Below, piece after piece: positions 10,601-21,254 of a stretch of 64,000 bases of DNA. How positions within the stretch are numbered: the first letter of the stretch is position 1; the number at the start of each line of letters is the position of its first letter. The translations under genes were made by a program, and so were the position numbers. The notes under the pieces were generated by a model. The model was given only the letters and a program-made list of their open reading frames with translations, was not told the origin of the DNA and did no database searches. The DNA comes from Histomonas meleagridis 2922-C6/04-290x. Lineage: Eukaryota; Protista; Parabasalia. The DNA is taken from assembly GCA_020184695.1 (NCBI GenBank), contig JAANOX010000153.1, positions 992,001 to 1,056,000 of the forward strand, written 5' to 3'.

Positions 10601-11183
10601 CTAAACATGTAAAAATTTTATTTGCATTTTGGTTTGTTGTTTAAGTGATTAAAGCAATTTCTTCGGCTAGAAAATGTGTGGCGATGCTGAATAACAAATA
10701 TTATGTTTGCTGAATGCTGTTGTTTACTTTATCATTACAGACTGTGGAAAAAATGTAGACCTGCACCTTAATATTATTTAAGCTAATACTATAGAATTAT
10801 TCACAGAGAACATATTTAATAAATTTTTTTCTTAAATTTGTATTTTTTCACTAAGGAGAACGTTAACATTTTTTTTTCTTTATTTTCTTTTCAAATATTC
10901 ATTAAATAATATTTTTTGGACTGAAGATATGTTAAAATTTCTATTTGCTAGCAAACTATTTAAAAATTTATGATTTGTTTTCGGCCTACAGGTTTTTCAT
11001 GGAAGTCTATGCATAATATTAATCAAATAAATTTAAGAGAACTCAAATTACAACAAAAGAAAAAAGAATCACTAAATATATATTTGAAAAATGTGATTTT
11101 AAAAATAGATTCTCGCAAATATAAATAGAGATATATTGAATTGATGAATGCATGAAAAATTTTAATGTAATGTAATTATCTTT

Positions 11184-11663
11184 TTATTTAACAAAACTAT
11201 TAGGATTCTCTATTGTCACTTTATAAGCAATTTCTATCAAACTATTAAACATTTGTTCTATTCCTTCACCAGTATAACCACTTACTTCAAAATACTCGGC
11301 AATTATTTCTTTTGCTTTTTTCATTCCTTTTTCATATGAAACTTTACACGTAGTGCCGTATAAGCAAACAACACATTTAGAATTTAAATTTTCTCTAATG
11401 CGATTATAAATATTTAAAACATTCTTAAGTGTACCCTCAAATCCAACTGAATAAACAATAACAATCACAGAAGCATGAAAAGACATCAAAATTAAATGAT
11501 CAAATTCACCATTTGGACGAACATACTGTTCAATTAAAGCTAACTTATCTTGTTTTCTTGAAATAAAATAAATTTTGTTGAGATGTGTTGAGAACATTTC
11601 CTGTTTCGTAATTTTTTGAAATTGATTTAAAAATAAGTATTTTATATGTTTAACAAGAAACAT
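11184..11663 (-). CDS. Degenerate Ras-superfamily small GTPase-like protein lacking a P-loop
   Basis: C-terminal half VIVIVYSV...VVCLYG...YFEVSGYTGEGIEQMF resembles the G4/G5 region; no GxxxxGKT. Confidence 0.45.
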   Translation of the reverse strand: MFLVKHIKYLFLNQFQKITKQEMFSTHLNKIYFISRKQDKLALIEQYVRPNGEFDHLILMSFHASVIVIVYSVGFEGTLKNVLNIYNRIRENLNSKCVVCLYGTTCKVSYEKGMKKAKEIIAEYFEVSGYTGEGIEQMFNSLIEIAYKVTIENPNSFVK

Positions 11664-11818
11664 TAAATATGAATTTTTCTAGAATAAGGAATTTTTGTTG
11701 TGATTTTAAAGAACAGTAAGATTTACCTTGAAGAAAATAAAAAATCAAAATGTATTTCTGTAAAGTTTTCAAATGAATTAAATACCTAAACGTTCAAATA
11801 AATTGTAAACGCCCACCA

Positions 11819-13915
11819 ATGCAGAAGAAGGGATTCCATCAGCCAAACTATACATCAGAACTTGCAAAAATTAAGGAATTCTTATCTAGCTTTAAAGATG
11901 AAGACGGCGATTTAAAATATATTGCTAGGCTTGATCAAATTCCAAATCAAACATTAACAGATCTTCAAATTGAATTAGACGATGTATTTAATTTTAGTAA
12001 CGACCTTGGTACTAACATTATAAATAATACTGACAGATACCTAAGACTTTTTTATAAGGCTGTCGATTCAATTCTTCCTGAACCAGCACCAGATTTTGGC
12101 TCAAACACAGATTATATTAATGCTGCTCGAGTAGCTGCAATGAAAGAATCCGAAAGTGAAAACAGAATTCCACAAGAACTTTTACGTCATCATACAATTC
12201 GTTTTATACCACCAACAAAGCAAAAAGTTTTACCTATGCGAGAAATTCGTGCTGACAGTATTGGATGTCTTGTACGTCTCAAAGGAATGGTTACTCGAAT
12301 AACACAAGTCAAACCACTCATTAGTGTTGCATCATACACATGTTCTCAATGTTCAGAAGAAACCTTTCAAGTTGTTACGAGTCCCTCATTTTTACCACGT
12401 ACAATTTGTCAATCACAACAATGCAAATCAGCACCACATCCAGGTCAACTCACATTACAAACACGTGGTTCAAAGTTCATTAAGTTCCAAATGATCCGTC
12501 TTCAAGAACTTTCCAGCGAAGTTCCGCCAGGACACATCCCGCGCACAATGACCGTTTACGCAAGAAACGAGCTTACACAAAAGTGTCAGACGGGAGACGT
12601 TATCGAACTTGATGGGATTTTCCTTCCGATGCCCATGCGCGGGTACAAGCAAAGTCTTATCAATGAGACATATATCGAAGCTCAAAATATCAGGGTTTCA
12701 GCCAAATGTGATGAAATCGAAGAAGGTGATGATGAAGAAATTGATCCTAAAGAAACTGGTGTTTATGAAAAATTAGCGGCTTCTGTTGCTCCAGAAATTT
12801 ATGGGCTCGACGACGTGAAGAAATCTCTGCTTCTTCAGTTGGTTGGTGGTGTTACTCGTAAATTTGATGATGGCGTATGCATTAGAGGTGATATAAATAT
12901 ATGCTTAATGGGTGATCCTGGTGTTGCTAAATCACAATTACTTAAATGGGTTACTCGTGTTGCTCCTCGTTCTGTCTATACAACTGGGCGTGGTTCATCT
13001 GGCGTTGGTTTAACAGCTGCAGTTCTTAGAGATCCAATAACAGGAGAAATGGCACTTGAAGGTGGTGCTTTAGTACTTTCTGATATGGGCATATGTTGTA
13101 TTGATGAATTTGACAAAATGGAAGATAGTGATCGAACAGCCATTTATGAAGTTATGGAACAACAGACAGTAAGTATTGCTAAAGCAGGAATCACAACGAC
13201 ACTCAACGCAAGAACTTCAATATTAGCTGCTGCAAATCCATTGTTCTCTCGCTACAACATCAAAAAGAGTTTATTGGAGAACGTTAACTTGCCATCGGCA
13301 CTTTTGTCGAGATTTGATTTATTGTTCTTGCTTTTAGACAGACCAACAATAGATAGTGACACTGCACTTGCGAATCATATAGCTTATGTACATAAGAACA
13401 GAATTGCTCCAAAGTCAATATCAATTGGATTAAGAGCATTAAGAAGATATATAGAAAAAGCAAAACAGATTGAACCAATAATTCCAGAAGAACTTTCGAG
13501 ATATATATCAAAAGCATATGTGGATATGAGACAAGAGACAGTAGATCAACCTATTACAACTAGAGCCTTGTTAGCAATTATTAGATTATCAATGGCTTTA
13601 GCAAGGATAAGACTTTCTGATGAGGTTTGTCAAGAAGATGTAGATGAAGCCCTTCGTCTTGTAAGATCTTCCAAGGAATCTGTAGAATTAGTTGATTTCG
13701 AGGTAGATAAAAAGGTAGATGTCACGAGTGCAATATATGAAAAGATTGTTGCACTTGCTAATGGAAACAATGAGTTAAAGATGAATGATGTTAAAACATC
13801 AATTCTTCAAAGTGGATTTTCACTTGACCAACTTGAACAGACAATACAAGAATATGAGCGCTTAGGAGTTCTACAAGTTAATCCTAGTAAGACAAAATTA
13901 ATACTAATTGAATAA
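11819..13915 (+). CDS. MCM7: DNA replication licensing factor MCM7
   Basis: Zn finger CSQC..CQSQQC, GDPGVAKSQLL, CCIDEFDKM, SRFD, LQTRGSKFIKFQ. Confidence 0.93.
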   Translation: MQKKGFHQPNYTSELAKIKEFLSSFKDEDGDLKYIARLDQIPNQTLTDLQIELDDVFNFSNDLGTNIINNTDRYLRLFYKAVDSILPEPAPDFGSNTDYINAARVAAMKESESENRIPQELLRHHTIRFIPPTKQKVLPMREIRADSIGCLVRLKGMVTRITQVKPLISVASYTCSQCSEETFQVVTSPSFLPRTICQSQQCKSAPHPGQLTLQTRGSKFIKFQMIRLQELSSEVPPGHIPRTMTVYARNELTQKCQTGDVIELDGIFLPMPMRGYKQSLINETYIEAQNIRVSAKCDEIEEGDDEEIDPKETGVYEKLAASVAPEIYGLDDVKKSLLLQLVGGVTRKFDDGVCIRGDINICLMGDPGVAKSQLLKWVTRVAPRSVYTTGRGSSGVGLTAAVLRDPITGEMALEGGALVLSDMGICCIDEFDKMEDSDRTAIYEVMEQQTVSIAKAGITTTLNARTSILAAANPLFSRYNIKKSLLENVNLPSALLSRFDLLFLLLDRPTIDSDTALANHIAYVHKNRIAPKSISIGLRALRRYIEKAKQIEPIIPEELSRYISKAYVDMRQETVDQPITTRALLAIIRLSMALARIRLSDEVCQEDVDEALRLVRSSKESVELVDFEVDKKVDVTSAIYEKIVALANGNNELKMNDVKTSILQSGFSLDQLEQTIQEYERLGVLQVNPSKTKLILIE

Positions 13916-14164
13916 ATAAAACATTAATGAGATTCGACAAGTTCATTTAAATCTATTCAAGAAAGTAATGATAATGTCATTCTTTACCAGGTAAATTAGA
14001 GAAAAATTGCCAAAGTTTTGAACATTCGAATGTTCAGGCCACAAACGCGGTTACTGTTACGGTTGCGCCTAATTGAATCGATGATAACCCATTTGAACGT
14101 TTGCGTGAACCGAATCGTTCAAAAGCTCTCAATTCAGAATTCAATACTTAACATCATATAGGAA

Positions 14165-15808
14165 ATGGAACAAGTTAACTCTGATCCGCTCCTTTCCGAG
14201 GAGAAAGAACCAGAATCACCTGTTTCTAAGGTAGCCAAGGGAGCTAAGTCAGCTCTATTCAAATGGGTCACTGGTTTTTGTGTTGTTATTGGCGTTGTTG
14301 CTGTTGCAGTTACATGCTACATGACACTTAAACCAAGCAGCTCTTCCCAAAAGCCAATCCAAGTATCTGGCCAAGCTTCAAACACAATTCCAAACTCTGA
14401 TGTTGATTTCAACAGTTTAATAATTTATCAAGTTATGGTTTCATCTTTCCAAGGAGATGGATCATCATGCTATTGCACAGGATATGGCCCAAGCAGTCAC
14501 AAAGGAAATCTTAAGGGCATTATTAATTCTCTTGATTACATCAAAGGTCTTGGAGTTAATGCACTTTGGATGACACCAGTTTTTGATTCAACCGGAGGTT
14601 CAGGTGGTGAACTTTTACAATCCACAGGCTATTTCTGCACTGATTATTTCAATGTTGATCCAAAATTCGGAACAAATGATGACTTACGTCGTCTTATCCA
14701 AGAAGCACACAACCGTGGTCTTTACGTATTCCTTGATGGTGTCTTTGGTCATCATGGCGGAAATGTCAAAGCATCACCAAATGGCAATTATCCACAAGGT
14801 GGTTCCAACCCAGTTTCATATCCAGGCAGCCTTGAGTTCTACAAAGAAGTTGCCACATATTGGATCAACAATTACGAAATTGATGGCTGGCGTCTTGATC
14901 AATGCTATCAAATGTATCAAAAACAACCACAACTATTGGAACGAACGTCGTACCGCTGTTGAATCCGCATGTCAACAACGTAAGAACCAAGGTAAGCAAA
15001 TGGGGTATTCTCGGATACATGGTTGGCGAAGCCTGGAAATCACAACAAGAAATCCAACAAATGGCGTATTCTCAAGGCGGTCTTCGCTCTGCCTTTGATT
15101 TCCCATCCCGATATGAAATGGTGAAAGTATTAGCAGAAGAAGAAAGCACTGCTGGTGGCTATGACGTCAGCAACATGCTTAAGATCTATAAGACACCAGC
15201 TGAGAAAGGCTATTCCCATGATTTAGGCGAAGTATATCCAAATCTATTCATCACAAATCACGACTTATGGCGTTTCGGTAACCTCGTTAAGGGCAAATAT
15301 GGCTATGGCAAAGAAAACGAGGCATATTGGAAGCGTCATAAGATTGCATTATCATCACTCACAACATATACCGGACCAATCACCATCTATTATGGCGACG
15401 AAATCGGAGATCTTTGCGACTGTTGGCCAAACTGTGGTACATGGACCATTGCATCTGATAATGTCGGAAGGACAGATGGCAAAATTACCGGGTTTGACAG
15501 TAACCAACAAGCGCTCCACGACTATACAGCCAAGTTGATTGATATCAGAAAGAAGAACGCCGCATGTTGGAGAGGTACCAATTCCGCATATACACAAAAA
15601 TGGAGTTTTGGTCAACATTAAGTATGACCAACAAACGAACAACAAGATCGTGTACGTTGTTAACACTGGCACAAGCGATCAATCATTGTATGTCGCATGT
15701 GGCGGAAGTCAATATAGAGATTTGATCTCTGGTGGTAGCTTGGTAGGCTCAGGTGGTTTCAATATCAACGCACAGGCGTTGACTTCATACATAATACTGG
15801 TAGAGTAA
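14165..15808 (+). CDS. Membrane-anchored bacterial-type GH13 alpha-amylase, interrupted by three +1 A frameshifts
   Basis: [55 protein letters not shown] spread over four frame segments; extra A in runs at 14919-14923, 14998-15000 and 15596-15600. Confidence 0.85.
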
Positions 15809-16444
15809 AATAGGAACTACTTTTTCAATATGAATCTGTCATTCTTAGCAAATGATAAAATTCACGTGAAAGTGTTGAAATCGTCCGAAGGTTTTAATAC
15901 CGTTTTGGGAAATATCTATGAATTGGACATCAGCTTTTAAAAGACACTCTAACTATGGATTAAATACATTGGGTAAATTGAATGTTGTTTCGGGAAATCA
16001 TTCCGTATTTTGCTTGTTCATCATAGCAATTTTATAATTACACATACGCGTTGGGTGTAACTAGGCTAACATTATTCTCCTCCAAAAATTATGCGAAAAT
16101 TGAGTGAAATCATGATTTTTTTAAAAAAAGATTTAAAATTTTGAAGTAAAAATGTTTGAATTTTTTTACCTTGTTTAACCGTGGATTCAGGCTTTTTTCA
16201 TTCTCTTTTTGAGAATTGCTGTTTCACTGTCCTTTGTTGTATAATATCTTTTACTCTACAGACTGGTTTTTTCATCATGTGAATTTTCCTTGACATTATA
16301 TTTAAATTTGCTTAGGGATCCCTGGGGCCGTTTTTTTGTCACCCGTTCCAACCTTAAATTCTTTTCTAATTTTTTCGATTATTCATTCTTTTATGTTTCA
16401 TAAGTCAATACAATAATTGGTATAATCTAAGCTATAGTCGGATA

Positions 16445-19400
16445 TTATTTCTATAGTTCAACTGTTTCAAATAATTTCCAAAAATATTAAAATAAATTTT
16501 AAACAAAATAAATAAATATCTCTTTCATTAATATCAATTCCTTTTTGATCAAGAAGTAATTTAACTATTTCTATACGACCAGAATAAGATGCTTTCATAA
16601 GTGCTGTTTGAAATAATTTAAATAATTTCCATATATTATTTTGAAATAGAAAATCTTAAAAACAAATGCTATTTAGAGCATTAATATCAATTCCTTTTTG
16701 TTCAAGAAGTAATTTAACTATTTCTAAATAACCTTTTTCAGATGCCCAAATAAGTGCTGTATTAAATAATTTAAATAATTTCCATATATTATTTTGAAAT
16801 AATAAATTATTAAGGTAAATATCAAATAAAATAAATAAATATCTTTGGCATTAATATCAATACTTACTTGATCAAGAAGTAATTTAACTATTTTAGTATA
16901 ACCTCTTTCAGAAGTCCAAATAAGTGCTGTTCTAAACAATTTAAATAACTTTCAAATGTTATCTTGTAAACCAAAATTATTCAAACGAATGAGAAAACAA
17001 ATTAATAAATATCTTTATCATTAATATCAATTCCTTTTTGTTTAAGAAGCACTTCAACAATTTCTATATAACCATTTAAAGATGCCCAAATAAGTGCTGT
17101 TCTAAATAATTTAAATAATTTCCAAATATTATTTTGTAATCCAAAATTACTTAAATAAATATCAAATAAAACAAATAAATATCTTTAGCATTAATATCAA
17201 TTCCTTCTTGTTCAAGAAGCACTTCAACAATTTCTATATAACCATTTAAAGATGCTGTAATAAGTGCTGTTCTAAATAATTTAAATCATTTTCAAATATT
17301 ATTTTGTAATCCAAAATTATTACAATAAATATCAAATAAAACAAATTAATATTTTTAGCATTAATATCAATTCCTTCTTGTTCAAGAAGCAATTTAACTA
17401 TTTCTATATAACCTTCTTCAGATGCATACATAAGTTCTGTTTGAAATAATTTTAAAAAATCCCAAATATTATATTTAAACATTAATTTATTTAAATATAT
17501 TTTAAATAATGAATAAAAATATTTTTATCATTAACATCAAATGCTTTTTGTTCAAGAAGTAATTTGAATATTTTTATATAACCTCTTTCAGATACCACGA
17601 TAATTCCTGTTTTAAATAACTTAAATAATTATCAAATATTATTTTAAAATCCAAAATTATTGTTATAAATTTCAAATAAAATAAAGAAATAATTGTACTA
17701 TTGATATCAATTCCTTTTTGTTCAAGAGGTAATTTATGCACCCCTAGTTGTCCATTTGAAGATAAAATAAGTAATGTTTGAAATAATTCATAATTTCCAA
17801 AAATTATTTTGAAATTTTAAATTATTTATATAAATATCAAACAGAACAAATAAAAATGTTGAGCATTAACATCGATTTCTTTTTGTTCAAGGTGTAACTC
17901 AACCTTTTTTACATTACCATTTGAAGATAAAATAAATGCAGTTTGAAATAATTTAAATAATTTCCAAATATTATTTTGAAATATCAAATTATTAAAATAA
18001 TTATCAAGTAAAATAATTAAATATCTTTAATATTAGCATCGATACCTACATGTTCAAGATAGAAATTAACTGTTTCTATATAATTTTTATGAATTGCTAA
18101 AAGAAGTGCTGTTTCAAATAATTTAACTAATTTCCAAATATTATTATGAAATATAAAATTATTAAAATAAATATTAAATAAAACAAATAAATATTTTTAG
18201 CATTCATATCGATTCCTTCTTGTTCAAGAAGTAATTTAACTATTTCTATTTGACCTTTTTCAGATGCATACATAAGTGCTGTATAAAATAATTTAAATAT
18301 TTTCCAAATATTATTTTAAAATATCAAATTACTTAAATAAATATTAAATAAATTAAATAAATATCTTTAGCATTAATATCAATTTCTTCCTGTTCAAGAA
18401 GTAATTTAACTATTTCTATATGACCATTTGAAGATGCTATGATAAGGACTGTATCAAATATTTAAAATAATTTCCGAAAATTATTTTGAAATATTAAATT
18501 ATTAAAATAAATATCAAATAAAACAAATAAATATCTTTAGCATTAATATCAATTCCTTTTTGTTCAAGAAGTAATTTAACAATTTCTATATCACCATTTA
18601 AAGATGCCAAAATAAGTGCTGTCCAAAATAATTTAAATAATTTCCAAATATTATTACGAAATATAAAATAAAACATATAAATATTTTTTTTGACATTAAT
18701 ATCAATTCCTTTTTGCTCAAGAAGTAATTTAACTATTTCTATATGACCAGAATAAGATGCTTTCATAAGTGCTGTATTAAATAATTTAAGTAATTTCCAA
18801 ATATTATTTTGATATATCAAATTATCTAAATAAATATTAAATAAAACAAATAAATATTTTTAGCATTAATATCAATTCCTTTTTGTTCAAGAAGAAATTT
18901 AACTATTTCTATATGACCATTTTCAGATGCAATCATAAGTGCTGTATTAAACATTTAAAATAATTTCCAAATATTATTTTGAAATATCAAATTATTAAAA
19001 TAAATATTAAATAAAACATGTGAATACCTTTAACATTAATATCAACTGCTTCTTGTTTAAGAAGTAATTTAACTATTTCTGTATGATCATATTTAGATGC
19101 CCAAATAAGTGCTGTCTTAAATAACTTAAATAATTTCCAAATATTATTTTGAAATAATAAATTATTAAAACAAATACAAAATAAAACAAATAAATATCTT
19201 TAGCATTAATATCAATTCCTTCTTGTTCAAGAAGTAATTTAACTATTTCTATATGACCATTTGAAGATGCTATGATAAGGACTGTATCAAATATTTAAAA
19301 TAATTTCCGAAAATTATTTTGAAATAGAAAATTATTAAAATAAATATCAAATAAAACAAATAAATATCTTTAGCATTAATATCAATTCCTTTTTGTTCAA

Positions 19401-19535
19401 GAAGTAATTTAACTATTTCTATATGACCATAACGAATTGCTTTTATAAGTGCTGTTTCAAATAATTTAAATGATTTTTAAATCCTATTCTCAAACATCAT
19501 ATTATTAATATAAATACTAAATAAAACTAATAAAT
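16445..19535 (-). repeat. Array of 18 ankyrin-coding modules (~90 nt) separated by conserved ~80-nt frame-breaking spacers (170-bp period)
   Basis: Modules read TAL-xx-A-Sxx-G-xx-EIVKLLLEQxGIDINAKD; 15 of 18 spacers exactly 80 nt, others 60, 78 and 63 nt. Confidence 0.92.
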
Positions 19536-20741
19536 ATCTTGAGCATTAACATCAATTCCTTTAAACTCAAGAATATATTTCAATAGTTCAATATTTCCTG
19601 ATTCTGAAGATCTCATCAAAATATTATTTGGGGGTTTATTACTTAGGAGAAACTTTTTTACAAGATATATATTTCCATTTTTTGCTGATTCATTAATAAT
19701 GGTATCTTTAATTTCATATCCTTTCTCTTCTAAAAACGAAAGAATTTTATAATTTCCATATTCAACACATAAACACATCAATTGCTCAATCTTTATTTCA
19801 TTTAAATATGCTTCTAATTTATTTTCATAAATATATTTAAAAATATCATTTCGATGAAATTTAATTGCGGCTTCACATGAACCGAAAAATGATGAATGAT
19901 TTTGTTCATATAAATGAAAAATTTCAAGATTTCCACCTGCGACTGCATATTTACCTTCATTTTTGATATTAGCGCCATTCATAAGTAAATATTTAAAACA
20001 TTGAACTGATCCAAAAAATGCTGCATAATCAATTAATGATACATTATATTGATTAATGAATGAACAACTTTCATAAAGTGATGGTTCAATTTTTTGATCA
20101 AAATCAAAATCATTTTGTGATGATATTTCTTGAAGTTTTTCTATTTGATCATTTCGGATTATTTTTGCAATTTCATTAGGATTTTCTCCTTCTTTAATTA
20201 ATTTCTTATGGAGCTCCCAATCATTCTTTGATAGTTCATCATAATTTTTAATAAAATTCAATTCTGATAAAAAATTAGTATGATATGATTCTTTAGATTT
20301 TCTATGATCGAAGTAATTCGTTGAAATATGATTGATAACATCTTCATCAATTAGAGATCTTTCACACATTTTTTCAATTAGATAATTTGTTTCATTACTT
20401 GTGATTTGTGTTATGTAATTGGTAAAAATTTTAATGATATTGGGATTATTTTTGTTTATTTCTTCTTCATAAATTCGAACTAATACTAAATAGTTTAAAT
20501 ACATATCGCTTGTATTCTTTTGAGCAAAAAATGCAGAATAAACAAAATTACTTATTACAAAATTAAATGAATATGGCAAATTTGAATCAAATAATTTTAC
20601 TGTTTGTTGAGCTGATTCCTCGATATTTTCTTCAGTTAAATTAAATATTATTTGATTTAGCTCTGTTAGTAGTTCCATTTGTTTATAACTCAAGTTTATG
20701 GAAACAAAAAAATTTCTATGCATTACAGCGGAGGTTACCAT
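19527..20741 (-). CDS. DUF3447-type ankyrin-repeat protein N-terminal part (likely start ATG 20678), stopping inside the first spacer
   Basis: LIDYAAFFGSVQCFKYLL...YAVAGGNLEI...AIKFHRNDIF typical of parabasalid DUF3447/ankyrin proteins; ends GIDVNAQDIY*. Confidence 0.85.
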   Translation of the reverse strand: MVTSAVMHRNFFVSINLSYKQMELLTELNQIIFNLTEENIEESAQQTVKLFDSNLPYSFNFVISNFVYSAFFAQKNTSDMYLNYLVLVRIYEEEINKNNPNIIKIFTNYITQITSNETNYLIEKMCERSLIDEDVINHISTNYFDHRKSKESYHTNFLSELNFIKNYDELSKNDWELHKKLIKEGENPNEIAKIIRNDQIEKLQEISSQNDFDFDQKIEPSLYESCSFINQYNVSLIDYAAFFGSVQCFKYLLMNGANIKNEGKYAVAGGNLEIFHLYEQNHSSFFGSCEAAIKFHRNDIFKYIYENKLEAYLNEIKIEQLMCLCVEYGNYKILSFLEEKGYEIKDTIINESAKNGNIYLVKKFLLSNKPPNNILMRSSESGNIELLKYILEFKGIDVNAQDIY

Positions 20742-20849
20742 ACAATGAAATTGTTAAACGCATGAATGTTATTGAACATGTTATAATTAATAATTTTATT
20801 AAATGTTGGTGATACTTTCAGGCAATGACCTGCACTAACTTCTGCACTA

Positions 20850-21115
20850 ATTGGTGAAACAGTTGGTAACATAGGAGGCGGAGCATTTGCTTCATGTGAA
20901 AAACTAAAAGATGTACAATTTCCATGAAGTGTGAATGGAATTGGAGGTGCACCTTTTAGAATGTATTACATTTATTAATTTTACAATTCGTTGTGATAGT
21001 ATTGTGTTATATTTTACAAATATGATGAACTTGAAAGTTTACAATAATTATCTAATGAGGTTTAAATGCAATTGGTTCTGATGCATTCAGTTGATATTCC
21101 AAACTTATAAATATT
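20850..21115 (+). pseudogene. BspA-type LRR gene remnant
   Basis: IGETVGNIGGGAFASCEKLKDVQFP*SVNGIGGAPF, and near 21066 AIGSDAFS*, with in-frame stops. Confidence 0.55.
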
Positions 21116-21254
21116 TACAAACACTTGCATAATGAAGTGAATAAATTTTGGGCTCAAATTGGTATTTCATATGAATTATTTAGTATAAAATCAATAATTC
21201 TATTTTATTTCATTTTATTCTTTTAGCCTTTCTCAACACGTCACCAAATTTGGT

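Noticed and set aside
16724-18820. Short ORFs 16724-16939, 17246-17482, 18494-18820 (and 39150-39350, 39661-39864) as separate genes
   Set aside because: They are single modules read into flanking spacers in mixed frames, not independent genes.
16445-19535. CRISPR-like reading of the 170-bp array (80-nt repeat plus 90-nt spacer)
   Set aside because: The 90-nt segments are homologous to each other and encode ankyrin repeats; they are not acquired foreign sequence.
16445-19535. Canonical GT-AG or U12 AT-AC introns in the spacers
   Set aside because: The GT at nt 9-10 is absent in some units, there is no consistent AG and no ACTAAC. The apparent AT..AC ends lack the ATATCC 5' motif and do not restore the frame.
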